64,000 nucleotides of DNA from Podarcis gaigeae (lineage: Eukaryota): NCBI GenBank assembly GCA_964106915.2, contig OZ066920.1. The stretch is one strand, 5' to 3'. A model generated the notes under the pieces. It was given only the letters and a program-made list of their open reading frames with translations. It did no database searches and was not told the DNA's origin. Position 1 is the first letter of the stretch, and each line of letters begins with the position of its first letter. Positions 1 to 13,070 of the stretch are shown in pieces. Position numbers and translations under genes: made by a program.

Positions 1-6
1 TATGGG

Positions 7-60
7 AAGAAGAAGAAGAAGAAGAAGAAGAAGAAGAAGAAGAAGAAGAAGAAGAAGAAG
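7..60 (+). repeat. (GAA)n microsatellite
   Basis: Direct observation. Confidence 0.98.
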
Positions 61-2289
61 GTGAAAAGGGTTCCAGGAAAAATGACTTTGGCTCTCCTAC
101 CCAGCATTGAACCCAATGGGTTTTGACGATATGCTATTTTAGCTCCAAGCGCGATCCCCAGATATAACCCTCACATAAGATGTGGGCTTACTGTAGTTTA
201 ATCCTACTGCTTTTATTATGAGTTGTACTGAAATAATTGTTTTTAAGTGCTTCCATTGTATGGCCATTGTGTTATCTTTATGTTGCAAACTGCCCTTTGG
301 TCTTTTGGCAAAGGGCGATCTATAAATTACTTACTAAAATAAATAATCTTAATAAACGTTACTTTCTGTGGGGAAAAGGGAAGCATGAGGTTTGCACAAG
401 GCTGTAAATCTGTCCCCTCTCAAACAATGGGTGGTTCAGCTGTGAGAGGAACTTTTGGATGAGGAGAAATTTGTTGTATTGGGAAGAGAATAATTGCAGA
501 AGCTCGAACGATACAGACCTAGGCTGGGGAGAGGTGGAAAACATTTTATTCGCCATGGACAGACTTTTGTCTTTCACATTTCAGCAGCACTCTGTGCAAG
601 GCCAAAATTTACCCCCACCCCCATCTCTTACCTTCCATTCTGCTCAATTCACTATGTCATAGTTGCAGCACCCTGTGGCACCCCCTAGACTCTGCGCCTA
701 GTGTGATGGAACTGGTTGCTCTGCCCAAAATCCACCTCTGTGTATCCACCTTATCCAATGCCATGTAGGGTGGAAGGGAGGTTAGATGAGGGCTCTTGCA
801 ATTCTCTATTCTTTTCCAGAACAGAAACTGATTTTCCTATTTGGATTTTTCTTTTTTTAAGTAGAATGCCACAGAAAATTGGGTTGTGAGAGAGAATTGT
901 GTGGGGGTTTTACTAAGCATACTCAGAGTAGCACTTTCCCACCACCTCTTGTTGCTTGACATTTCTCCTCAGGACAGTCACACTTTTTGCAAAACAATTC
1001 TTCCAAGTACAGCACCAACTCCCCACCCCACCCCACCCTAGCCCTGGAATATCTAAGGGGTTAATAAAGCTCCCAATTGATTTCCCCATAATTCCTAAAA
1101 TTTCACCACAATTCTTAAGATTCCTGTACATGTGGAATCCATTTCGTGCTCTTACACTGCAGGGGAGCCTTTTGATTTTGCAGGTGCATCTGCTAATGGA
1201 AGTAGAGAGAAGCAATTTTTTCCCCATGATTCCTCATTCAGCCCTCAGCCCACCACCATCAACATCTTCTACCTTGTTCTAGAATAACTTCTCTGGAGCT
1301 GATTGTGGGATTGCTGCAGACCACGTGGAGGAGGGTTTAGTCCACCTTCCTCTTCTGTTAGCAGATTCTGCATTTAGATCAAAAGTTCTTCTGATAGATT
1401 CCACCCACTGTGAGAACATTTTCCTTGCAATATACAGATACCACCTATATCTTCTTATCATTATGATGACCATTTTGCTGGTCTTTGTAATATGGTTGAC
1501 AAACTCTCACAAAGACATTAAAGTATCAAGAGGGCTTAAGGTGGAAAAAAATGTGCCTTTTGGAAAACGTTTGATCACATGTCAAAGATACAAATATGAT
1601 CATGCCCAGTCTCAACAACATTCCTACATTAGTATGTTTTAAACAAAGAAGATAGTTATTTACTTCAGGTAGCATGAATAAGGAAAACATAAGGAATTTC
1701 TCTATTTTTTTCCTCCAGATCGTAAAGTTTTTATTATGGCACGAATTAACAATAGTTTGTTAATATACAGTATATTGGGTTGTGACATTAAGATGTCCCA
1801 AATGAGGAAACTCCTCATGGTTTAATGAGATATTATTGGAATGGCTTCTCAGAACTATCTCCTTCCTTATAAACCCTCAGACCACCTCAAAAGTACAATT
1901 CAGACCCATGTGTGGTTCAGTCAATTAATTACATGCTTAATACACATGTAATGGTTGTTGCTATCTGTACATGGTTCCAAGCAGGCAAAATGGTACAGTT
2001 AACTCCAAAATGTGCAGTGGACCAGAATCCTCCCATGTATCAGGCCCCACATGGGATGGAACAAGGCGACATTGCTGCAATAAAACATTAGACAGTTAAA
2101 TATGAATTTCTTGCAGTCAGAAGCATAATCAGATGGCTATGGACATTTGCAATACAAATGTACAAATTGTATTCATAAAACTGACACTGGAAACTTGTGA
2201 AACTTTGAACCTCAAAAAAAAATGTTTTGACGTGTTTTCTTGGGAACGGAACCAAACAGAAAAGAACACAGACAAAATAAGGAAGTGGC

Positions 2290-2927
2290 AAGAAAGGAGT
2301 CTCTTTTGATTTATTTGACTGGACTTAGAGCATAGAACCATGGTCATGTGTCTTATTTTACAGAGGATTGTTTGAGCGGGTCTTGCTCCAAGTCCAGTTG
2401 AACGATAAAAAAGGGACAGTGGAGGGTGCCTTGAAGTTGTCTATCACAGATAATACCTGAGCAGCAGCCTTCTAAGCCAACACTTCCCTGAGAAAAAGTG
2501 GTGGTCACCATTGTAATGGATGGGTCTCTCCCACAGAAGCGAGACAACTCCCACACAAATCACTCTGGGGCTCAGTCACTCAGCGTCTGCTTCCAAATTA
2601 GCTGTTGCCGAGTCTGAGTTCCGCCCCTTCCTCTTCCCACATTTAAGGCCCCACTTTCGCTTCCTTTCCTGTTCATGCCTCTCATTAATTCTTGCACACC
2701 TGAACATCATGGGATGGCCTATTTCTGGTGGCCCTCCCTCTGAGTCCGAGCTTAAACTGTCAGTCTGTGTCTTCTTCCTTGAACTCTACCCTTCCTTCTC
2801 CTTGTTCTCAGAGCTCAGGCTTCTACTGCAACTAGGCTGCTTTCCCCTCGTTCCACATTCCTGCCTAATTACCTCCTCCTGTCTCTCCACGCTCTCCCCC
2901 TCTGTCAGCAATGGGACACAACTGACA
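2290..2927 (-). mobile_element. Probable old solo LTR
   Basis: Begins TGTCA on the - strand with a purine-rich body resembling lizard LTRs as recalled; ends not resolved. Confidence 0.35.
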
Positions 2928-3003
2928 TCCAACTTGAATGACTTTAAGACATAATTATGGCAAATTCATGGAGGATAAAGCCATCAACAGTTGCTGGCCA
3001 TTA

Positions 3004-3263
3004 CAGTCATACCTCATGTTATGTTTGCTTCATGTTACGTTCTTTCAGGATATGTCCCACAGCAACCCAGAAGTACCGGAAAGGGTTACTTCCAGATTTC
3101 GTCGCTCACGCATCTGCAGACGTGCAAAATTATGTCATGCACATGCACAGAAGCAGCAAATTGTAACCCACGCATGCGCAGACGTGCCACTGCAGGTTGC
3201 ACTCTTTTCATGTTGCGAACGAGCCTCCGGAATAGATCCCGTTCACAACCAGAGGTACCACTG
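3004..3263. mobile_element. Tc1/pogo MITE, related family
   Basis: Imperfect TIR cagtcatacctc / gaggtaccactg; TA flanks. Confidence 0.75.
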
Positions 3264-4254
3264 TACTACCTCTTGTGGGAGAGAATTTCATTGTTTAACT
3301 ATGTGTGTTATGTAGTAGTCCTATACAGATGTAACAGTGTTGAAGTATGGGTAGCAAAATCACAGCTGAGAACCTCAAATCAAGTATATGACTGACACCC
3401 TTCTTTGGAAATTAAACCAATGTCCAGACTTTGACGTAAATGGAGTCTCTCCTTCACTAAATATCTTATGTGACCAACATTAGCCAATCATATGAGAACT
3501 GCTAGAGAACTCTCTAGAATTCGGTTACCAACCAATCAAATTCATACACATAGTAATGTATGAAAGCATTTATCATTTCAGTGAATTAAATTACTATACT
3601 TTTTGTACAGTCTGTTGCTGTTGTAAAGAGAATCACCAACCCCACTTTCAAGCCTTTCCCTCAGTATGCCATGTTCTGAAGCCTCAAAACAGGTATATGT
3701 ATGTTTACTTCATTCTGTCATCACCTTATTACATATATACCATCACTGCAAATCTATACAACCAATAAATCTTTCAGAAGTTGCACCAATATAGGAAAAG
3801 CTCTCTAATAACTGCCTAAATATTGACAGCCATTAAGAGAGCCACAGCACAGTTAAAAATCGTTCAGTGTTCCTGGAATATATTTTCCCCTCTCGGTATC
3901 CGCTCAATTCTTTTGTCATCTGTTTCTGCCATATTTTGGCTTTAGTATTGCTGTTAATTAGAGGTGACTATAGTTTGATTAATTGCTAACATGTGTCACA
4001 TATGCACAATATGAAGAGCTGCAGTCTAATTTTTTCCACTCACTGCATGCCTGAATTCAATGGATTTAAGCCAAACATTTCTTTTTAATGACTAAAGAAC
4101 CTAATCTTATCACAGCGAACAATGTGGATGTAATCAAAATAAGACACTCTAATCCATTCAAAGTGTTAAAAGTTCACAGAAGTATGCAATAACCATGGGC
4201 CACATTTCACAATTGCAAGCTGGATCACAAGGGTAGCAATAGAGGCCATCTGAG

Positions 4255-4408
4255 TGCCCTTCTTCCTCTGTTTAAGACTCTGTGCATTTGCTTCCAAGTT
4301 TGCGCTTAGCTTTTTTCAGCCTCATGACTTGCTTCTCCGTGCTCCACGGAGTTTTGATTCCACGTGCAACAGCTCTTGGCGAGCCTTCATAAAGCTCACA
4401 GTGAATAC
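4255..4408 (-). pseudogene. Candidate 3' pseudo-exon
   Basis: ttcttatag|GTA TTC.. = VFTVSFMKARQELLHVESKLRGARRSKS*G*KKLSANLEANAQSLKQRKK. Confidence 0.4.
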
Positions 4409-5197
4409 CTATAAGAACACATACAGTGACCATTCACTCTGCACAGTGGTTTATATAGGTGTCATCCTCTATACAAAGCTGTGGTTTCTTGGTTTTACTT
4501 GCAATGCCCTCTCTCATCTGCACCTTTGTTCTACACAAACCAATTTACTGTCACTGCTGCTGCAAAGACCTGGGCTAATGTGAGGGACAACTAAGCATGG
4601 GATATTTTTCTTTTTTTTTACCTGTTAAATTTATATCCAATCTTCCTCCCAAAAGAGCCCAGGGCAGCAACAATTTATTTAATAATAATAAAAATGCTAT
4701 TAAAACCAGTTCTTCTTCAACCAGACTTTTGGCTGATTGATATCCAATGCCCCTTTAAATGTGCTATGGAATGGGGGATTATTAGGTTGTCTTTGTTCTT
4801 CTTTGTATTATGTATTTTTTAATATATTGTAATTTTATGTTGTGAACCGCCTTGATATCTACGGGTGTAGGCTGGAATATAAATTTAATAAAAACAAATA
4901 AATGATGTGACCAAACAACGGGGGGATTCAACATTGTGCTCTTTTGATTGTTCCATTAGTGTAAGCGTTTCTGCTCGCTAGACAAAATGATTCCTCTTCT
5001 CCTCACCCACATGAACTTTTCAAGGCCTTCTCCTGACCCTGGATTTGGGTGAGGTGTCAGGGTGGAGAAGCCCTGTTGTGCTAAAGGAATGCCTAGCACT
5101 GGGTTCCACTAGCATGCCACATTAGTTGAACCTGGGCCAATGTTTCTGTACAGGCCTGCTGAAATGGGAAAATGCTTGGTAGGCATCTAAAGGAGTA

Positions 5198-5552
5198 AAG
5201 TAAAGTAAAGGTAAAGGGACCCCTGACCATTAGGTCTAGTCATGGCCAACTCTGGGGTTGTGGCGCTCATCTCGCTTTACTGGCCGAGGGAGCCAACGTA
5301 CAGCTTCTGGGTCATGTGGACAGCATGACTAAGCCGCTTCTGGCAAACCAGAGCAGCTCACGGAAACACCGTTTACCTTCCCACCGGAGCAGTACCTATT
5401 TATCCACTTGCACTTTGACGAACTGCTAGTTTGGCAGGAGCAGGACCGAGCAACGGGAGCTCACCCCGTTTCGAGGATTCAAACCGCCAACCTTCTGATC
5501 AGCAAGCCCTAGGCTCTGTGGTTTAATCCACAGCGCCACCCAAGTCCCTTCG
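5198..5552 (-). mobile_element. Sauria SINE
   Basis: tRNA-like head, (ACCTTT)-type tail, TSD tctaaaggagta at 5186-5197 and 5553-5564. Confidence 0.92.
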
Positions 5553-6459
5553 TCTAAAGGAGTACAGTAATGTAAATCATGGCACATGCCTAATGTCAAT
5601 AGGCAGGGAGTTCCAAAGGAACACTAAGGGAATGGTTCCTAACAAATGTGGAACAGACATTTTGTGGCACTTGCAGAAATGCAAGTTTTACAGACCAAAG
5701 TGACCAAACCAGCAGTTATGCATTGACCTATCGGTCCCTCTAATAGCCATGCATGCTATGGTGAAAAGGAAATGACTCTTTGGTGGATGCTGGATGGGCA
5801 CACACTCTCTATGCTACAATAGATTGTAGTGGGTTTTGTGGATTTGAATATAAACCAAAAAGAGAACCAAAGTTCTCACAGCACTGGAATTAATGTGTTT
5901 TGTTTCAACACACACAAGTGTAGACTGTTGTAAATAAGATCTGTACTAGAAAAGTTACACTCCGAGAAAAACAAGAATAGTATTTCCATTTTCTGGTTCT
6001 GGCTTTTTTTAAAAAATGTACGGCTTTTATATTATACAGCCCCTGGTAGTAAGTGAAATATAATTCTAATTAATTTTTCCTACGGCTGTATACAAATCAA
6101 TAATTGTAAGCATCCCAAAGGAAAAAGCACGCTACATGGTCCTCCAGGTTCCTAATGAATGCAAATAAGCTGACCTTTTTCTGACAACTATGAATATTGT
6201 TTCACAATTTTACCACTAAAATTGCTGTAATCAGCAATTCATGCTGCAAATCTGGAGCCAATAATAGTTCTAAATAACTATTCATTGTAGCAAAGCAGGA
6301 TGTGAATTGCCCCTCAACTGTTCCAAACTTCATGGAGTTGGGGTGCACAACTGAAATAACTCTGAGGGCTACTTTCACGTGTCTATTAACTCAAGAGAGA
6401 GGGAAAGCATTTTGTTACAATTTAAACCAGCCACATGGAGGAGCCTTTGCACAGCAGAG

Positions 6460-6655
6460 GGAGAAACTGCATCTCAGTGGCAGCCCATCTGCTTTCTATG
6501 TAAAAGGTCCCAGGTTCAATCCGTAACTTCTCCAGGTAGGGCTGGGAAATGACTGGTGTCTTAAACCCTAGACTCTGTGACTGGCCAATGTTGTCAGTGC
6601 TGAGCTAGGTGGACCAATGACCTGATTTGACAGAAGGCAGCTTCCTATGTTCCTG
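6460..6655 (+). mobile_element. tRNA-derived SINE (Squam3-like)
   Basis: ctcagtgg..ggttcaatcc head and aaggcagcttcctatgttcct tail, shared with the other copies in the window. Confidence 0.75.
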
Positions 6656-7094
6656 TTTCTACAGCTGGCTCTTCCTTCAGACCTTCACTCAATGCATGAA
6701 GGGGTGAGACCAGGAAGGTGGGCATAACAATAGGGTGGCACCCCTGCTTCCCCCTTAATCATGTGGAGCCCCTTCATGGAATTAATGGGGTTTAGTTAAA
6801 CCAGGATTCAAAAGAACTGGGGTGTGGAACAGAATGAGCCATGGAACTATAGTGAATGGGCTGTGCGTAGTCATCCCTATATTTCCCATCTTCCCATCTG
6901 TTTTGTTTTGGTTTTTCTGAGGATCTTTTGGTGCTATCAACCATGGTATCCTGTAGGATTGCTCTGTGGTGTAGAAGCTGGTGGCATGGAGATATGCTGG
7001 CTTCACTCCTACCTACTAAACTAATACTGGACAACATCCCTGGAGGACTTCTGCTTCGCCCCACGGCATCTATAGTATGAAGATCTGCCAATCC

Positions 7095-7697
7095 ATATTG
7101 TCCTTTATGCTCTTTAACATCTACCTGAAGCCGCTGACGAGTGGCATATAGATGTCATCAATGTGCTGATGACACTCAACTTTTTTTCCTCTTTGTGACC
7201 TGAATCAGGTGAGGCTATCTAGGTGAAAAACTGGCGCTTGGATTTGGTAATGGGCGTGGGAAAGTTCAGTAAACTGAAGCTGAAACCCAACAAAAACACA
7301 GATACCATATCCAGGACTTAGGGGCCCAATCTGTTCTAGATACGGTTGTACTCCTCTTGATGGAGCAGGTCTGTGTCTTACTCCTGCTATTACTGGTTTC
7401 ACCCTTGTCACTGGAAGCCCAAGTGGCTTCATTGGTGCAGAGTCCCTTTTTCAGTTCCAGCTGGTTCACCAGCTGCAGCCACTTCTGATAGGGCCTTCTC
7501 AGTAGTGGTGCCCGCCCTGTGGAACACGCTTCCACCAGATGTCAAAGGAAAAAACAACTACCAGACTTTTAGGAGACATCTGAAGGCAACCCTGTTTAGG
7601 GAAGCTTTTAATAACTGAAGGACTATTGTATTTTAATATTTTGTTGGAAGCCGCCCAGCGTGGCTGGGGAAACCCAGCCAGATCGGCAGGGTATAAA

Positions 7698-7746
<49 letters not shown>
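7095..7746 (+). mobile_element. L2 LINE fragments
   Basis: Degenerate RT-region remnants; RAFSVVVPALWNTLP..FRRHLKATLF 3' end; (TAT)n tail; 3' UTR similar to 39240-39330. Confidence 0.8.
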
Positions 7747-7747
<1 letters not shown>

Positions 7748-9529
7748 GATAGGCTTTCCATACTTTCCATTTATAGTCATATAATTGTCCCCCCCCCCCC
7801 GAGTTTTGGGCATGCTGCCACATACCATGTTCTGGAATAATGTACTTTGTGTCTGCAGCAAAAACAACAACAACAACAACAACCCTGACTTTTGTGAAAT
7901 ATCCAGAATGGATCCCAATATTTTCATTCTGGTGGCATGTGTACAAGCAACATCCTAGCTTCTGTGTAGAGAGGAAAGGATGGGCAACTGTGGCTTGGGA
8001 GACATCTGTTTTGAACAACTTCCCTCTGTCCATTTGCAAGCTCAGTTTAGTGGAGAGATGTGGCAGGCAGAGATGATGGCCCTGATTCAAATGGCAGCAA
8101 GCATTAGCTGCGGACAAAATTTCATCACAATAGCCAGGTTCTTCATAGCTGCGTCAGACACCTAGTTCCCCTTATAACCTTCTATACCTCAGGAAGATTT
8201 GAATTCCAGAACACTAGGCATGGAACACAAAAAAGACACAAATGCTCATAACTCTCACATTTATGAACTGGAGGAACACGAGGGTACATAAAGGGTATGA
8301 CTACAGCTATGGAGGTGTCCTCAGTTTAGACGCAACCTGCCATTAGTGTGGTAAGGAAAACTCACTTTTTAATAATAGCTATTTGTGACCAAACGCATGG
8401 ACAATCAGCTACAAATGCACTTTTTAAAAGCTTGAATCAAACAGCAACTATACCACCATAATTGGTACGTGCAGAAAGTCCCATAAATTCTAGTCCAATA
8501 GTGCTCTCCACCTCCATTTAGAGTCAGATTGCAGTATTGGTTTGAGTGGCAAGCCCAAATCCCTGCCTGATAGCATTTGACAAGTCATTCCTCAGCCTAA
8601 CCTACCTCACAGGATTGTTGTGAGAACGCAACGAGGCTGATGTATGGTGCTCCAAACTCCCTAATAAAAGAGAGGGATGCAAATGTGATTGATTAAAAAA
8701 ATCGATGAGAGTTTTGTGATTGATTTGCATAGAAGTGGATTGTACTATAATTGTCATACATTTCAATCAGCAATATTAAGTAACCAGCATGTTATTTTAA
8801 ACGGTCCTTTGTATTTAACAGGCAATTTTCTGCATGCAGTTAGCCTGGGAGCAGTCTGGAATAATGCAACAGAGCTTTGATTGAATCAAGCAGGTATTGC
8901 TTCGTATACCAAGGAGAAGCTTTCTGCAATATAATACATAGGGGTTTTTCTCCAAAAAGCAGTACAAACTATGTGGCACAGTACAAACTTGTAAATGTAC
9001 CATAGCAACAAAACAAAAGAAAGGCTAAAGAAATAAAGATGAAATAAAAGCCTAATAATACACATCTAAGAGTTTAGCACACAAAAGCTGTCTGGTAAAC
9101 TGGAGAGAACATATACCATTCTGCACAAAAGGCTCACACTGAATTAGACATTCAAAAAAGATTTTTTTTTAAAAGATGATATAGATTTCATTATAATACT
9201 GTAAACAGTTTCCCTGTTGTTTATGAAAGTTGTTGTTTTGTTATAGAGCAGCATCACATTCTCAAAGTTTCCTTGAGACAGATTGGGCTACCCTACTGAA
9301 GCGTACTGGATCAATGAAAACAAAAGAGAAATTTGACTAATGCCTACTGTGCATATGACACATATGATGTTCTAAACTGATCTAAACAATCTTTTCTTGA
9401 TGACATCTCAAAAGATACCTCAACTCTCTAATACTTGTAATTCTTTCATGTTCTGAATGAATCCCTACTACATCTCACTCAATATTGATCTTTAAGCCAT
9501 GTCTCCCAATCCTTTTCCCTGTGTGGTCA

Positions 9530-9677
9530 NNNNNNNNNNNNNNNNNNNNNNNNNNNNNNNNNNNNNNNNNNNNNNNNNNNNNNNNNNNNNNNNNNNNNNN
9601 NNNNNNNNNNNNNNNNNNNNNNNNNNNNNNNNNNNNNNNNNNNNNNNNNNNNNNNNNNNNNNNNNNNNNNNNNNNNN
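9530..9677. other. Assembly gap
   Basis: N run. Other gaps at 20493-20712, 22920-23085 and 48458-48637. Confidence 1.
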
Positions 9678-9821
9678 TATCTTTTTAAGCGCTGTGCATG
9701 AGCTTTAAAAGTTGATCAATAATGAGGGATTCCTCCACCACATTATGCAGAAATCAATCCCGTTTTGGGCTATTTGTATTTCACTCTTACGAGTCCATCT
9801 GTCTAGGTTAATTTTATATTT

Positions 9822-9853
<32 letters not shown>

Positions 9854-10814
9854 AAATAATTTGGACCGGTCTTTGCAAATAGACATTCCTGGGTCTCAAC
9901 GGAATCCAGGAACTATGATTTGTAGTAAGTGTATCAATGGAAGAAGCCTTTCAGGAAAGTTGTGGAATCATTTCCTGTACAGGATTTTAAGATAAGACAA
10001 GATGAGCATCTGGTTGGTATGGCCTAAGTCAAGGGATTCCTGCTGCCACTGCAAGCTGTACTAAAAGACTCCAAAGATTCCTTTCAACTTTATCATTTTG
10101 TTGCATCTGGAAGTATTTTGGAGGACAGTGGGGTGTTTTTTTTAACAGAAATCTAGCATTTAGAAATAGTAAAGATTTTACTGAGTTTTATCACTGTAAA
10201 TGGTAGTTGTACAATCATTTACAATTAAAGCTCTGTACTTTGGCATCTTTCCCAAACAAACGCAGATGTGATGCTGTTAAGAAAACAGCAGCCATGGGGA
10301 TTGAGACCATGGTGTGTGGGAAGGGGGATTTTACCCTTTGTCCTGGTGTGGTTCCAACTTAGATTGCCCAGCTTCTATTTGCAATGGGACCTTTCCTGCA
10401 AATAAATGCAAGTAGCAGAGGGGGGAGGGGGGTCCAAGGGGATGTAGCCCCCACCCATGCCATGATCCCAATTCAGACACACACACCCCATACAGCTGCT
10501 ATTTATTCTAGGAAAAATAATGCAATTAATGACAAGGAATAATTGCATGTCTATTTTGGTCCACAGTGATATATGCAAAACAAAAAGATTGCATTCAAAA
10601 TGTGATTGGTAACTTTCCACAAATATGTGATTGCATACTGTACTAATATTCAGAGCTCTTTTGTTTTCAAACCCCTCAGTATTCTTCCTTTCCCAATCTA
10701 CTCAGACCTCTCCCATTGCTTCAAGCCACCATCAGTTCCCTCTTGGTGTCTCTCCCTTCTTGCTCCTATGCCACAGACACTGTAGGGCTTGCTCTTTTGC
10801 TACCCTACCCTACC

Positions 10815-10940
10815 CTGACTTCATACAAATCCAGAATTCTGATGTGTCAGTACAAATCATCCAAAAGGGGCTGCACTCTGACTTCGTTCAAATCCATGAT
10901 GGTGATGTGGTGCTACCGATCCTCCACTGGGGGGTTGTGT
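10815..10940. repeat. Diverged 63-bp tandem duplication
   Basis: Units start at 10815 and 10878; 42/63 identical by hand count, with no gaps. Confidence 0.75.
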
Positions 10941-11664
10941 GATGACTATCTAGTGCAAATATAGTATGCAGAGAGAAACAAAATGAAATCTATGAAAGAG
11001 AGGAACTTTTCACAGAACCAGTGCTGCAGATAAATAGCCAAGCCCAAGGAATTGTTAGATAGGCTCTTTTTCTTGCTTTAAGGATGGGAGAAAGGAACAA
11101 CACCTTTATGTTGCCTTCAGAGGTGTGTATGGAAGAGTATCTTCCCATTCCGGGAAACTGTGCACTACTTCTAAAACCCATCTCTGCTATTTAAGAAAGA
11201 ATGAGATGGAATTTTCATAGCAGTGTGCATAAGAGAAATTCCTTGCTCACTTCCTTGCAAGCTGGGCAGGGAATCAGATCTATGGACACTTCTACCTCTC
11301 ATGTTACATCTTATGACTCCTGCCCTGTTCTCTAGGCAGAAGTAGGTAGCCCATGTAGCATAGGGGGAAATGCCAGGAAGGGGGGGGGATACTGCCATAT
11401 TGCCCAAAATTGAAAAACTTTGGCCCCATAGGGGAAGCCAACATTCTTTGGTTTAATTGACTGCATCTTGATTATGTAGGTGATTTTTCTTCATAGCCAT
11501 CACTATCATGCTCACAAAAATTGCATTCTTATTTTAAGTGATCTCTGCCATGGTAGTTAAATTAAACTTTCACATTCAGATCTGATATTCTTTTCCTTAT
11601 TTAGGGGCTGGGGATAAACTGGAGTTGCCCATCTTTATCATGCTTCCCTCAAAAGCTTCCAAAT

Positions 11665-12081
11665 TGTTGTTGTTTAGTCGTTCAGTTGTGTCTGACTCTT
11701 TGTGACCCCATGGACCAGAGCATGCCAGGCACTCCTGTCTTCCACTGTCTCCCGCAGTTTGGTCAAACTCATGCTGGTAGCTTTGAGAACACTGTCCAAC
11801 CATCTCATCCTCTGTCGTCCCCTTCTCCTTGTGCCCTCAATCTTTCCCAACATCAGGGTCTTTTCCAGGGAGTCTTCTCTTCTCATGAGGTGGCCAAAGT
11901 ATTGGAGACTCAGCTTCAGGATCTGTCCTTCCAGTGAGCACTCAGGGCTGATTTCCTTCAGAATGGAGAGGTTTGATCTTCTTGCAGTCCATGGAACTCT
12001 CAAGAGTCTCCTCCAGCACCATAATTCAAAAGCATCAATTCTTTGGTGATCAACCTTCTTTATGGTCCAGCTCTCACTTCC
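11665..12081 (-). mobile_element. Bov-B (RTE) LINE, 5'-truncated
   Basis: ORF RIDAFELWCWRRLLRVPWTARRSN...LEKTLMLGKIEG; (CAA)n tail; 12-bp TSD aagcttccaaat at 11653-11664 and 12082-12093. Confidence 0.95.
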
Positions 12082-12594
12082 AAGCTTCCAAATACATCTT
12101 GCTAACAACAGATGGCTTCACCAGATTGACCTTGTTCTGATCCTTGCAGTTTTTGCTCTTGTTCTATGGGTGCTAGTGCTAATATTTAAACTGCCCAGTT
12201 TTATCCGCAATTTAAAGGGAAAGCATTTATTCCACATTAGGTTAGGCAAAAGGCAAAGTCAGCCAAGTATATTGTGCATGATGTAATTTAATTGATGTAA
12301 CCACATGATGTAATTCTTATAGCTTGTTCTTCGTTCTAAGCAAAATATAATGGGAACAGATGCTAAAGTAAAGTTTTGCTGATGGAAATATAGGCATGCA
12401 AATTAATATGTATATAATTTATAATCATGGAGCTGATTCCATGATTGCATCAGTTAAGACAGCTCTGTTTAAAGGGATTCGTATTGTTTAATGATGGGGT
12501 CTCTGTATCATTATGTAACCCAAATGACAAAAAAAGCTGTCTGAAATTAATTTAAGATGGGTTCTGCCTCAAACGTGTTGAACACAAACCACAG

Positions 12595-12766
12595 ATTGAA
12601 TTGTCTTTGTATTTTTGGATCTGCTGTAAGTTCCCTCAGATTCATTCCTTCATATATGTATTTGTTACACAAAATATCAATTTGTCTCATGAGATTATAA
12701 TTCTTCAATTGCATGTGATCTGAGCATAAATTCAAGCTTTTTAGACTGTTGGTGTTCAAAGTGATA
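12595..12766 (-). pseudogene. Pseudo-exon
   Basis: cttctccag|YHFEHQQSKKLEFMLRSHAIEEL*.., later LQQIQKYKDNS; multiple stops. Confidence 0.45.
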
Positions 12767-12959
12767 CTGGAGAAGATTACAGGTGATAGTTTGGGACAAA
12801 AGGATGACAATATCAGGAGAATCAGATTTCATGAGCATATATAAGGATGAAAAATATTAGGAGAATGCATAATAACATTGTAACCATGAAAACAGTTTTT
12901 TTAAAAAATGCTGCATGCTGATTTGATAAAAGTATGATGGATTTCATTATGGCCACTGG

Positions 12960-13070
12960 AGAAAGATCCTGTCTTGTCTTTGTAGCTCCAGTGTGAAACT
13001 CAAATGTTGCTTCTGTGAAATTTCAGCAGCTGCTCTACTTCACTCTCTAACATTTTGCTGCTGCTAATTC
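12960..13070 (-). pseudogene. Pseudo-exon (weak)
   Basis: catatttag|ELAAAK.., with fragments ESEVEQLLK and TLELQRQDR in other frames; donor unclear. Confidence 0.35.

Noticed and set aside
913-1642. Cluster of roughly 100-aa ORFs
   Set aside because: No recognisable homology or consistent splice structure.
4396-4410. tcacagtgaa, resembling the miR-128 5' end
   Set aside because: The match ends after 10 nt and no precursor hairpin is evident.
7499-8117. Poly-Ile and poly-Asn ORFs
   Set aside because: Produced by the (TAT)n LINE tail.
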